A program made the translations under genes and the position numbers. From an uncultured Clostridia bacterium (GTDB taxonomy: Bacteria > Bacillota > Clostridia > TANB77 > CAG-508), in assembly GCA_944390445.1 (NCBI GenBank), contig CALXQB010000004.1, positions 1,848-33,847 on the forward strand: a stretch of DNA of 32,000 bases, in the 5' to 3' direction. Below the pieces are notes generated by a model. The model searched no databases. It was not told the DNA's origin and saw only the letters and a list, made by a program, of their open reading frames with translations. Positions 1 to 9,399 of this stretch are shown piece after piece (the first letter of the stretch is position 1; each line of letters begins with the position of its first letter).

Positions 1-2
1 AA

Positions 3-77
3 GCAGAAGAACTAATGAAACTATATCATTTAACTGCCAATGATATATTACAGAAAATTTGTAATGATGAAATCTAG
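3..77 (+). CDS. C-terminal fragment of an upstream gene (partial at window edge, product unknown)
   Basis: This is the only frame open from the window start, and it ends at TAG 75-77. It is too short to identify. Confidence 0.25.
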   Translation, partial: AEELMKLYHLTANDILQKICNDEI

Positions 78-107
78 TAATAGAATAGTAGAAATAGGTG
101 AAAGAAG

Positions 108-887
108 ATGAATAATCTTTTAAAATGTGATAATTTAGGATATGCTTTTTCAATTTGTAACATGCAAGAAAAAATCGATAATGTATATATTGTAAATATG
201 TCTGAGAAATTCTTAGAAAAAAATATAAAACAAGAATTTTTTATATTAAATTTTGACATTCCAATTTTAAATATTTCAAAAGAAGCAAAAGAAAAAATGA
301 TAAGAAAAATGATAAAAATAGTTAAATATTATTCAAAAAAAGGGAAAAAATGGGGATATATAAAAGAAAAAGATAAAATTATTGCAAACTTTATTCCTGG
401 CTGTATAAAAGGAGAAACAGAAGAAATAAATCATAACGAAGTTATTGTTGCATTAAATGCTATTACATTTGAAGAAAAAGAAAAAATTCAATATTTATAT
501 AAAAAAATTTGTGAATATTTAGATTATCAATTTAAGCGTAATAATTATTGTGATTTTAAAGATGATATTTGCATGGCAAAAAGAGGAACAAATGGAACAA
601 TGGGATGTTGTCATTATTATAGGCATAAATATTTAGGGTTATTATTACCAAATGATTTTGTATTGTGTAGATATCAAAAAAATAGGACATGTAATGCAAA
701 CTGTATAACATGTAAGATGTTTACATGTAAAGAATTAGAAAAGAAAGGAGAGAAGTTCACAAATAAAAATGTAATTCTAATAAAGATTTTCTTTAATCCA
801 TTGCAAAAAATTATTATTGCTACTAGTTACTTTACACATCAATCAGAAATAATTAAGAAATTAATGATTGCAAAAGGAGAAAAATAA
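108..887 (+). CDS. Hypothetical Cys-rich protein (C-terminal cluster CC-H...C...C..C..C..C)
   Basis: 259-aa ORF with an AGGTGA RBS upstream of the ATG. I recognise no family. It has many Cys and His residues in the last 100 aa. Confidence 0.5.
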   Translation: MNNLLKCDNLGYAFSICNMQEKIDNVYIVNMSEKFLEKNIKQEFFILNFDIPILNISKEAKEKMIRKMIKIVKYYSKKGKKWGYIKEKDKIIANFIPGCIKGETEEINHNEVIVALNAITFEEKEKIQYLYKKICEYLDYQFKRNNYCDFKDDICMAKRGTNGTMGCCHYYRHKYLGLLLPNDFVLCRYQKNRTCNANCITCKMFTCKELEKKGEKFTNKNVILIKIFFNPLQKIIIATSYFTHQSEIIKKLMIAKGEK

Positions 888-1060
888 ATTATGCCAAGAT
901 ACATAGTAAATTGGTAACAACTAAAATATGAAGGAAAATGGAAAGATATAAGAGAAATTACAAAAGAGATAGAAAATAAGAAATAAATATTTATTTGTAA
1001 ATTTTATGTGAATTTTTTGAAGACAAGAAAATGTGAGAATAATAGATATATTGTGAAAAA

Positions 1061-1088
1061 AAGCGATAAAAAACATCGCTTTTTTTTG
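1061..1088 (+). terminator. Rho-independent terminator
   Basis: aagcgat...atcgctt stem followed by a T8 run. Confidence 0.6.
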
Positions 1089-1098
1089 TAGAATAGTA

Positions 1099-1127
1099 TT
1101 GCAAAAGTTTTTAATTATTGTTATGAT
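1099..1127 (+). promoter_or_regulatory. Sigma-A-like promoter upstream of ftsE
   Basis: TTGCAA, 17-nt spacer, TATGAT. Confidence 0.4.
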
Positions 1128-1164
1128 GTATTATAGATAAAAATAAATTCTGGGAGTAGGTAAG

Positions 1165-1851
1165 ATGATTGAATTTAGAAATGTTAGCAAAACCTATGAT
1201 ACAGGGACAGAAGCTGTACATAATGCCAATTTTATAATAGAAAAAGGAGAGTTTGCCTTTCTAGTAGGTTCTTCAGGATCAGGAAAATCTACATTAATTA
1301 AGCTGATTTTAAAAGAAGAAGAACCAACAAAGGGAAATATTATTATTAATGGAAAGGATACTACTTTCTTAAAACCAAGTAAAATTCCCTATTTAAGAAG
1401 AAGTATGGGAGTTGTTTTCCAAGACTTTAGATTATTACCAGATAGAACTGTTTATGATAATGTTGCTTATGCCATGTATATTGTAAGAGCAACACCAAGA
1501 CATATTAGGAGACAAGTTCCTATGGTTTTATCATTAGTAGGATTAAGTGATAAAGCAAAAGTATATCCTGACGAATTATCAGGTGGAGAACAACAAAGAG
1601 TGGCCTTAGCAAGGGCATTGGTAAATAATCCATCTATGATTATTGCAGATGAACCGACAGGAAACTTAGATCCAGAAACAGCATGGGATATTATGAATCT
1701 TTTAAATGATATTAACTTAAGAGGAACAACTGTAGTTGTAGCAACACATGCAAAAGATATTGTAGATAAAATGAGAAAAAGAGTCATCCAAATCAATAAA
1801 GGTGAAATAGTAAGAGATTCAAAAAAAGGTGGGTATAGCGGTGAAGTATAA
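1165..1851 (+). CDS. ftsE: Cell division ATP-binding protein FtsE
   Basis: Walker A GSSGSGKST, ABC signature LSGGEQQR, Walker B IIADEPT. Followed by ftsX. Confidence 0.95.
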   Translation: MIEFRNVSKTYDTGTEAVHNANFIIEKGEFAFLVGSSGSGKSTLIKLILKEEEPTKGNIIINGKDTTFLKPSKIPYLRRSMGVVFQDFRLLPDRTVYDNVAYAMYIVRATPRHIRRQVPMVLSLVGLSDKAKVYPDELSGGEQQRVALARALVNNPSMIIADEPTGNLDPETAWDIMNLLNDINLRGTTVVVATHAKDIVDKMRKRVIQINKGEIVRDSKKGGYSGEV

Positions 1852-2734
1852 TATTTTTGGTTATTTAATAGGAGAAGGATTTAGAAATGTATTCAAAAAC
1901 AAAAAATCTACTTTTGCATGTTTAGGAATTATGTGTGCTACAATGCTTATTTTTGGAATTTTTTATATGATTGGAGAAAATATTGACCATGCATTAGAAG
2001 GTTTAGAAGAATCCCAGGGAATGGAAGCATTTATCGAATTTGAGATTGAAGACGAACAAACCGTACAAGAAATTGGAAATCAAATTAGAAGCATAGAAGG
2101 AGTTAACCAGATAGAATATGTTTCTAAAGATGATGCCCTTAATAGAATGAAAGCTAGATTTAAGGAAAATCAAGATTTATTAGATGGATATAGAATTTTT
2201 AAAGCTTCTTATATTGTAACATTGACAGACTTATCATTAAGAGACCAAGTGAAAACACAAATAGAAGCCATAGAGGGAATTGACTCTGTACAAATACGTA
2301 ATGATACTATTGAGGCATTAATGACAGTAGCAGGTGGTATTAGAGTTGTTACTATTATAGTATTGGTATTACTAATATTAATATCTATTTTTATCATTAC
2401 CAATACCATAAAACTAACAGTTCATGCAAGAAGAAAAGAAATTTCTATTATGAAATACGTAGGAGCGACTAACAGCTTCATCCGTTGGCCATTTATAGTA
2501 GAAGGAATCATCATTGGTGTAATTGCAGCTCTTATTTCAGTTTTAATCATTGGACTTTTATACAATGTATTAGCGGACAAAATAGCAGCAGACCCAATTA
2601 TGGATAGAATTCAAATGACACCATTAGGATTTAATGAACTTGTAAATTCTATTATACTAGTGTATTTAGCATTAGGAATTGGAGTTGGAGTGGTTGGAAG
2701 CTGTATTTCAATGAGGAAATACTTAGAAGTATAG
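1841..2734 (+). CDS. ftsX: Cell division permease FtsX
   Basis: N-terminal EGFRN motif, extracellular domain, then 3 C-terminal TM segments. The ORF opens at GTG 1829, but GTG 1841 has a better AGGTGGG RBS spacing. It overlaps the end of ftsE. Confidence 0.9.
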   Translation: MKYNIFGYLIGEGFRNVFKNKKSTFACLGIMCATMLIFGIFYMIGENIDHALEGLEESQGMEAFIEFEIEDEQTVQEIGNQIRSIEGVNQIEYVSKDDALNRMKARFKENQDLLDGYRIFKASYIVTLTDLSLRDQVKTQIEAIEGIDSVQIRNDTIEALMTVAGGIRVVTIIVLVLLILISIFIITNTIKLTVHARRKEISIMKYVGATNSFIRWPFIVEGIIIGVIAALISVLIIGLLYNVLADKIAADPIMDRIQMTPLGFNELVNSIILVYLALGIGVGVVGSCISMRKYLEV

Positions 2735-2752
2735 AAAGGAACGGGAGGAAGG

Positions 2753-3886
2753 ATGAAAAGAAAAGTAGGAAAATTAATATTGGTATTTTTCATCATCCTA
2801 AGTTTTAGAACAACAGGCTTTGCAACAAGTATAGAAGATTTAACACAAAAGCAGAATGAATTACAGAATCAAAAAGATGAAGCAACACAAGCTTTGGAAG
2901 GTGTAAAAACTAATATTTCTGAGACAATGGAAGACTTACAGGAGTTAAGTGAAAAGATTATCCAACATGAAGCAGAGGCAGAAAAATTAGAGTTGGAAAT
3001 TAATGAATTAATAACAGATATAGAGGAAAAAACGATAAATTTAGAAGCCTCTCAAAAAAATTTTGATGAGCAAAAAGCACTATTAGAAAAAAGATTGATT
3101 GTTTTATATGAAGCAGGAGAAACATCTTATTTGGATGTACTATTACACTCAAGTAGTTTATCAGATTTTATTTCCAACTATTACATGATGACAGAAATGG
3201 CTCGTTATGATACAGAATTGTTAGAAAATATTGAGCAAGCAACTAATTTAATAGAAGCAGAAAAAGAAGCTTTAGAAACACAAAAAAGTAAATTAGTAGC
3301 CTTACAAGAAGAAAATGACAAAAAAATAGCAATGGTTTCTAACATGAAGGTATTAAAAACAAATTATATGAACCAATTAACAGAAGAAGAAAAAGCCTTA
3401 CAAGCAGATATTGAAATATTCAATCAAGAAATGGCACAAATTGAATCTGATTTAATTAATTTAACAGATTCTAATTCTGCTTATGCGGGTGGAGAAATGG
3501 CATGGCCTGCACCTGGATACTATACTATTACATCTCCATTTGGATATCGAGTACATCCTATTTTAGGAGTAACAAGATTTCATTCTGGAGTAGATATTGG
3601 AGTACCAACAGGAGGAAAAGTAATAGCAGCAAATGATGGAATTGTTATTAAAACCACTTATACTTCTTCTTATGGCAATATGGTAATGATTGATCATGGA
3701 GGCGGAATTGTAACATTATATGCCCATGGATCAAAAATTATAGCAACATTGGGACAAGAAGTAAAAAGAGGAGATGTTATTATGGAAGCAGGTTCAACAG
3801 GCTGGTCAACAGGACCACATTTACATTTTGAAGTAAGACTTGATGGAGAATATCAACAACCATTAGATTACATAACATCAAATTAA
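2753..3886 (+). CDS. Coiled-coil M23 (LytM-type) peptidase, PcsB/EnvC-like
   Basis: Signal peptide and a long coiled-coil. M23 motifs HSGVDI (HxxxD) and HLHFE (HxH) are present. It lies directly downstream of ftsEX. Confidence 0.9.
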   Translation: MKRKVGKLILVFFIILSFRTTGFATSIEDLTQKQNELQNQKDEATQALEGVKTNISETMEDLQELSEKIIQHEAEAEKLELEINELITDIEEKTINLEASQKNFDEQKALLEKRLIVLYEAGETSYLDVLLHSSSLSDFISNYYMMTEMARYDTELLENIEQATNLIEAEKEALETQKSKLVALQEENDKKIAMVSNMKVLKTNYMNQLTEEEKALQADIEIFNQEMAQIESDLINLTDSNSAYAGGEMAWPAPGYYTITSPFGYRVHPILGVTRFHSGVDIGVPTGGKVIAANDGIVIKTTYTSSYGNMVMIDHGGGIVTLYAHGSKIIATLGQEVKRGDVIMEAGSTGWSTGPHLHFEVRLDGEYQQPLDYITSN

Positions 3887-3923
3887 ACCCAAAAAGATAA
3901 AAAGAAAGGAAAAACAATAGAAA

Positions 3924-5045
3924 ATGAAAAAATTAGTTTGTATCATATGTAGTTTAGTATTAATTTCAATAGGAACTTTAACAAGTATAGCAAGTTCACA
4001 ATCAGATTTAGATCAAATTAACAAAAAAATAGATGAAACATCAACAGAATTAAATGGAGTTAAATCACAAATGTCAGAGACAATGCAACAAGTAAGTGAT
4101 TTAATTACACAAATTAGTAATTATGAAAATGAAATTGCAACCTTAGAGATGGAGATTGAGCAAATAGAAGAACAGTTAGTGCAAAAAGAAGCAGAATTAA
4201 AAAAGGCACAAGAAGATTGTGATCAGCAAGAAGAAGACCTAAAGGCGAGACTAATTGTATTATATGAAGCAGGAGAGACTTCATACATGGATGTTTTACT
4301 AGGCTCTAGCAGTCTCACAGACTTTATCTCAAACTATTACATGATAGAGCAACTTGCAGTATATGATACAGAACTACTAGAAAGTTTAGAAGAAGCTAAG
4401 AATGAAGTAGAAGTTGCAAAACAGGAAATTGAAAATCAAAAAGCAGAAGTAGAAAAAGCAAAAGCTGAGAAAGAGGCAATCAATAATCAATTAATTGCTT
4501 CTAAAATGGAAAAAGATTCTTATGCAGCACAGTTATCTGAAGAAGAAAGTGCTTTACAACGTCAACTAGAAGAATATGAAGCTGACAAACAGAGAATTGA
4601 AGATGAAATTAGGAGAGCAACACAAAATGATGACAATGTAGTATATGCTGGAGGGGAACTAGCATGGCCAGTGCCATCTTGTACCTATATAACTTGTGGA
4701 TTTGGTGATTATTCAGGTCATACTGGCATGGATATTGGAGCTAATACTGGTAGTACAATTGTTGCAGCAAATGATGGGGTTGTTACTACTTCTGTAGCAC
4801 TTAGAAATCCAGATGGTTCTTATAGAAGCTATGGAGAATATATTATTATTAACCATGGAGGAGGAATCGTAACATTATATGCTCATGGGTACCCAGGTTC
4901 AAGAAAAGTACAGGTGGGAGATACCGTAACAAGAGGACAAGCTATTATGCAAGTAGGGTCAACAGGAAATTCCACTGGTGCACATTTACACTTTGAAGTA
5001 AGAGTAAATAGTAGAGCAGTAAATCCAATGAATTATTTTAATTAG
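3924..5045 (+). CDS. Second coiled-coil M23 peptidase (tandem paralog)
   Basis: Same architecture as the upstream gene. It shares LIVLYEAGETSY.DVLL.SSSL.DFISNYYM and has HTGMDI and HLHFE. Confidence 0.9.
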   Translation: MKKLVCIICSLVLISIGTLTSIASSQSDLDQINKKIDETSTELNGVKSQMSETMQQVSDLITQISNYENEIATLEMEIEQIEEQLVQKEAELKKAQEDCDQQEEDLKARLIVLYEAGETSYMDVLLGSSSLTDFISNYYMIEQLAVYDTELLESLEEAKNEVEVAKQEIENQKAEVEKAKAEKEAINNQLIASKMEKDSYAAQLSEEESALQRQLEEYEADKQRIEDEIRRATQNDDNVVYAGGELAWPVPSCTYITCGFGDYSGHTGMDIGANTGSTIVAANDGVVTTSVALRNPDGSYRSYGEYIIINHGGGIVTLYAHGYPGSRKVQVGDTVTRGQAIMQVGSTGNSTGAHLHFEVRVNSRAVNPMNYFN

Positions 5046-5088
5046 AGAATAAAAAATTTCAAGTTTAATTATATAATATAGGAATAAT

Positions 5089-5110
5089 GGGTCGGCGAGG
5101 GCGCCGACCC
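5089..5110. repeat. GC-rich hairpin gggtcggcg-aggg-cgccgaccc (REP-like family member without GTAG head)
   Basis: 9-bp GC stem, same stem family as the elements at 11311, 12924, 22826 and 24782. Confidence 0.6.
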
Positions 5111-5175
5111 AATGTCGTCAATTTAAGGCTGTAATTAGCCAAAATAGCTAATTACAGCCTTAAATTGACGACATT
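5111..5175. repeat. Perfect 29-bp inverted repeat with 7-nt loop
   Basis: aatgtcgtcaatttaaggctgtaattagc / caaaata / gctaattacagccttaaattgacgacatt, exact reverse complement. Confidence 0.9.
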
Positions 5176-5344
5176 AGTCTTGACAAGCCCAAAATAGTGA
5201 ACAAAAAATTTCAATATTACTATACTAATCGCTATAATTTGTAGTATAATAATAAAATAGATGAAGAAGTCAGGTTGAAAAATAATTGAGAACTCAATTC
5301 TTTTCCAACCTAGTTTGTATCTAGAGAAGGGAATGATAATTAAA

Positions 5345-6553
5345 ATGAATACAGAAAAGAAACAAAATATTTATAAAATATTGATGTTAGTTATATTAAC
5401 AGCATTTATTACTTTTATGGTAACATCACTCATTTTATATAAAACAGGAATGATATCCGGAAGTATAAATGAAAAATATGTAATGGTAACAGGAGAAAAT
5501 AGCACACTTGGAATTGATTTAAGTAGAATAAGACAAATTATTGATAAATACTATATGGGAGAAATTAATGAACAAGACTTAAGAGAAGGAGCAATCAAGG
5601 GGTATGTAGAAGGATTGGGAGATGAATATACAGAATATTTTACAGCACAGGAATTAGAGGATTTTTATGCTGATGCTCTAGGCTCCCTAGATGGAGTTGG
5701 AATTTATATGACACAAAATTTGGAAACAGAAGAAATTATTGTAGTATCTACCATTAAAGAATCACCTGCCGAAGCAGCAGGAATACTTTCAGGAGATATC
5801 ATTACTAAAGTAGATGGGGAAGAATGTACAGGGCAAGAGCTAGAAACTGTAAGTAATAAAGTAAGGGGAGAATCTGGTACACAAGTAGAATTAGAAATTA
5901 ACCGAAATGGAGAAATCCTAAATTTTGCGTTAACAAGAACTCATGTTAAAGTAAATCATGTAGAAGGAAAAGTAATAGAAGAAAATATTGGATATATTCA
6001 AGTTGCAAGCTTTGACGAAGAAACAGGAGAAGAATTTGAAGCAAAATATCAAGAATTGAAAGCACAAAATATACAATCTTTAATCGTGGATATTAGAAAT
6101 AATACAGGAGGTATTGTAGATGAAGCATTAGAAATAATTGATTTATTTATTCCAAAAGACAAAACAATGCTTATTACAGTGGATAAAGATAATAATGAGG
6201 AAGAATATAAATCTGAAAGAGATGTTGTAATTGATATGCCAGTGGTATTACTAGTAAATGAATATTCAGCAAGTGCATCAGAGATATTAGCAGGTGCTTT
6301 AAAGGATTATGAAGAAGCTACACTTGTGGGAACAAAGACATATGGTAAAGGAGTAATACAAGAATTATTGCAATTAACAGATGGAAGTGGAATTAAAATT
6401 ACAACAAACGAATACTATACGCCAAATCATAACAAGATTAATAAAGTAGGTATTGAACCAAATGAAACTGTAGAATTACCAGAAGAGGTGGAAGGAATTT
6501 TAACAGAAGAACAAGATACACAATTACAAAGAGCAATCGAATTATTGCAGTAA
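5345..6553 (+). CDS. S41 carboxy-terminal processing protease (CtpA/CtpB-like) with PDZ domain
   Basis: N-terminal TM segment, PDZ-like region (GDIITKVDG), and S41 motifs NNTGG and SASASEI..GA. The start is uncertain: the ORF opens at TTG 5315, with ATGs at 5333 and 5345. Confidence 0.88.
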   Translation: MNTEKKQNIYKILMLVILTAFITFMVTSLILYKTGMISGSINEKYVMVTGENSTLGIDLSRIRQIIDKYYMGEINEQDLREGAIKGYVEGLGDEYTEYFTAQELEDFYADALGSLDGVGIYMTQNLETEEIIVVSTIKESPAEAAGILSGDIITKVDGEECTGQELETVSNKVRGESGTQVELEINRNGEILNFALTRTHVKVNHVEGKVIEENIGYIQVASFDEETGEEFEAKYQELKAQNIQSLIVDIRNNTGGIVDEALEIIDLFIPKDKTMLITVDKDNNEEEYKSERDVVIDMPVVLLVNEYSASASEILAGALKDYEEATLVGTKTYGKGVIQELLQLTDGSGIKITTNEYYTPNHNKINKVGIEPNETVELPEEVEGILTEEQDTQLQRAIELLQ

Positions 6554-6583
6554 AATATTAAAAATCCAAAATATTATGTAACG

Positions 6584-6712
6584 TTTTGACATGCCTATAA
6601 CATATATTTTTCAACAAAACTCTCAAGGTTCAAAGGAGTAATCCGTGAACAGCAGGTGTGTTCGAGCTTTTGTTTCAAAATATATGTATAGGCATGTCAA
6701 AATTTTTATTTT
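6584..6712 (+). ncRNA. Conserved structured element, copy 1 (long hairpin plus U-tract, candidate cis-regulatory RNA or terminator)
   Basis: A 26-bp outer stem (6584-6610 / 6677-6702) encloses the conserved core aaaactctcaaggttcaa.gg.gtaatccg...tgttcgagctttt.tttc. It is followed by tttttatttt. A second copy lies at 20961-21085. Confidence 0.5.
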
Positions 6713-6731
6713 GAAAAGAAAGGACAAAAAA

Positions 6732-8543
6732 GTGAAGCAAGAAAATATTAGAAATTTTAGCATAATTGCCCATATTGACCATGGAAAATCAACACTAGCG
6801 GATAGGCTAATTGAATTAACAGGAGTATTATCAAAAAGAGAAATGGAAAGTCAAGTATTAGATAATATGGACTTAGAAAAAGAACGTGGAATTACCATTA
6901 AAGCACAGGCAGTAAGAATGCAATATCAAGCAAAAAATGGAGAAACCTATATTTTTAATCTAATTGACACGCCTGGGCATGTAGATTTTAACTATGAAGT
7001 ATCTAGAAGTTTAGCTGCTTGTGAGGGTGCTATTTTAGTAGTAGACAGTAGCCAAGGGATTGAAGCGCAAACATTAGCTAATGTGTATTTAGCATTAGAT
7101 AATAATCTAGAAATTTTACCTGTTATCAATAAAATAGATTTACCAAATGCAAGACCAGAAGAAGTAAAAAAAGAAATAGAAGATATTATTGGTTTACCAG
7201 CACAAGACTGCCCTTGTATTTCTGCCAAAACAGGTTTAAATGTGGAGGAAGTACTAGAAAGAATTGTAACAGACTTTACGGCACCAAAAGGCAATAAAGA
7301 AAATCCACTAAAATGCTTAATTTTTGATTCCTTTTATGATAATTATAAAGGAGCTATTAGTTACGTAAGAGTAAAAGAAGGAACGGTAAAACCTGGGGAT
7401 GAAATACTATTTATGGCTACCAATAAAAAATTTGTGGTAACAGAAGTGGGATACTTTGAACCTGGAACTTATCAAGAGACGGACAAGCTGGAAGCAGGAG
7501 AAGTGGGATATATTGCAGCAAGTGTAAAAAATGTAGCGGACTTACATGTGGGAGATACCATTACTTCTAGTCAAAATCCAGCAAAAGAGCCATTACCAGG
7601 ATATAAAAAAGCAGTGCCTATGGTATATTGTGGTATGTATCCTCTAGATGGTAGTGACTACGAAAATTTAAAAACTGCATTAGAAAAATTGAAATTGAAT
7701 GATGCAGCACTAGAATACGAACCTGAAACATCTATTGCGTTAGGATTTGGATTTCGTTGTGGATTTTTAGGATTATTACATCTAGAAATTATCACAGAAA
7801 GATTAGATAGAGAGTTTGGATTAGGCTTAATTGCAACTGCTCCATCTGTAATCTATAAGGTTCATAAAACAAATGGCGAAATTATGGATTTATATAATCC
7901 AGTAGATTTACCAAAAACACAAGAAATCGATTATATTGAAGAACCAATTGTAAAAGCAGAAATTATGTTACCAAAAGAATATGTAGGAAATGTAATGGAA
8001 ATCTGCCAAAATAGGAGAGGAACCTATTTGGATATGAAATATTTGGACACCAATCGCGTCACTCTAGAATATGATCTACCGCTAAATGAAATTATCTATG
8101 ATTTTTTTGATGCCCTAAAATCAAAGACAAAGGGATATGCTTCTTTTGATTATGAATTTAAAGAATATAGAAAATCAAATTTAGTAAAATTAGATATTCA
8201 TATTAATGGAGAGCCAGTAGATGCATTGTCTTTTATTGTGCATAAAGATACTGCATATACAAGAGGAAAAAAGATGGTAGAAAAATTAAAAACAGTAATT
8301 CCAAGGCAATTATTTGAAATACCACTCCAAGCTGTAATAGGGGGAAAAATCATTGCAAGAGAAACAATATCAGCTATGAGAAAAGATGTACTTGCCAAAT
8401 GTTATGGTGGAGATATTACAAGAAAAAAGAAGTTATTAGAAAAACAAAAAGAAGGTAAAAAGAAAATGAGACAGGTAGGAAATGTGGAAATTCCACAAGA
8501 AGCATTTTTGAGTGTATTAAAATTGGAAGATGATAAAAGATAG
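6732..8543 (+). CDS. lepA: Elongation factor 4 (LepA)
   Basis: [29 protein letters not shown] and the LepA C-terminal domain. I chose the GTG 6732 start. The upstream ORF extension overlaps the structured element and is not LepA-like. Confidence 0.95.
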   Translation: MKQENIRNFSIIAHIDHGKSTLADRLIELTGVLSKREMESQVLDNMDLEKERGITIKAQAVRMQYQAKNGETYIFNLIDTPGHVDFNYEVSRSLAACEGAILVVDSSQGIEAQTLANVYLALDNNLEILPVINKIDLPNARPEEVKKEIEDIIGLPAQDCPCISAKTGLNVEEVLERIVTDFTAPKGNKENPLKCLIFDSFYDNYKGAISYVRVKEGTVKPGDEILFMATNKKFVVTEVGYFEPGTYQETDKLEAGEVGYIAASVKNVADLHVGDTITSSQNPAKEPLPGYKKAVPMVYCGMYPLDGSDYENLKTALEKLKLNDAALEYEPETSIALGFGFRCGFLGLLHLEIITERLDREFGLGLIATAPSVIYKVHKTNGEIMDLYNPVDLPKTQEIDYIEEPIVKAEIMLPKEYVGNVMEICQNRRGTYLDMKYLDTNRVTLEYDLPLNEIIYDFFDALKSKTKGYASFDYEFKEYRKSNLVKLDIHINGEPVDALSFIVHKDTAYTRGKKMVEKLKTVIPRQLFEIPLQAVIGGKIIARETISAMRKDVLAKCYGGDITRKKKLLEKQKEGKKKMRQVGNVEIPQEAFLSVLKLEDDKR

Positions 8544-8566
8544 TGTAAAGTAATTTATGAAAAAAT

Positions 8567-8588
8567 GTAGGGGCGATTTTAATCGCCC
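8567..8588 (+). repeat. GTAG-headed GC-rich palindrome (REP-like)
   Basis: gtag + gggcgatt/aatcgccc, followed by the palindromic linker ttcttcgaagaa that is also seen in the clusters upstream of the pilin-like genes. Confidence 0.65.
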
Positions 8589-8635
8589 GTTCTTCGAAGA
8601 AATTACTTAAAACAATATTATAGAAAGGAATAAAA

Positions 8636-9376
8636 ATGAAAGAAGAATACATAGATAAAATAGAAGGAAGGAACCCAGTTTTAGAATTACTAAATTCTAC
8701 TAGAGATGTTAATAAAATTCTAATTCAAAAAGGAGAAAAACATGGTTCCATACTGAAAATCATGGCGATTGCGAAAGAGAAAAAAATCATGATAACAGAA
8801 ATTGAAAAAAGAAAATTAGACGAAATAGCAGAAACTCCAAATCATCAAGGTGTTATTGCAATCGTTCCTCCATTTAATTACTGTGAAGTAGAAGATATTC
8901 TATCCTACGCAAAAGAAAGAAATGAAGAACCTTTTATTGTTATTTTGGATGGGATAGAAGATCCACATAATTTAGGCTCTATTATTAGAACAGCAGAAAC
9001 AGCAGGAGTACACGGAATCATTATTCCCAAAAGAAGAGCAGCTACTGTAAATGCAACTGTATATAAAACATCTGCAGGAGCTGTGGAACATATGAAAGTG
9101 GCAAGAGTCAACAATTTAGTAGATACGATACGATATTTAAAAGAACAAGGATTGTGGATATACGGAACAGATGGAGAAGCAAAAACAGAATATACAAAGG
9201 CAAATTTAACAGGACCAATTGCAATTGTAATTGGAAGTGAAGGTTATGGAATGAGTAGATTAGTAAAAGAAAACTGTGATGGCTTAATAAAAATACCGAT
9301 GAAAGGGAAAATAACTTCTCTAAATGCTTCAGTTTCAGCAGCCATTGTCATGTATGAAGTGGTAAGAGAAAAATAG
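8636..9376 (+). CDS. rlmB: 23S rRNA (guanosine-2'-O)-methyltransferase RlmB-like (SpoU/TrmH family)
   Basis: SpoU substrate-binding N-terminal domain. Motifs DPHNLGSIIRTA, GSEG.G and IPM.G...SLNASV. Confidence 0.85.
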   Translation: MKEEYIDKIEGRNPVLELLNSTRDVNKILIQKGEKHGSILKIMAIAKEKKIMITEIEKRKLDEIAETPNHQGVIAIVPPFNYCEVEDILSYAKERNEEPFIVILDGIEDPHNLGSIIRTAETAGVHGIIIPKRRAATVNATVYKTSAGAVEHMKVARVNNLVDTIRYLKEQGLWIYGTDGEAKTEYTKANLTGPIAIVIGSEGYGMSRLVKENCDGLIKIPMKGKITSLNASVSAAIVMYEVVREK

Positions 9377-9399
9377 AGTTAGTATAAGAAGGAGAGAAA

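Noticed and set aside
5272-5311. Hairpin aggttgaaaa..aattgag/ctcaatt..ttttccaacct just upstream of the ctp gene, considered as a regulatory element
   Set aside because: The stem is imperfect, there is only a single copy, and it has no recognisable motif. It may be a weak terminator or simply chance, so it is not supportable as a feature.
6645-6731. N-terminal 29-aa extension of lepA from the track ORF
   Set aside because: It is not LepA-like, and it overlaps the conserved structured element and its U-tract. GTG 6732 gives the canonical LepA N-terminus.
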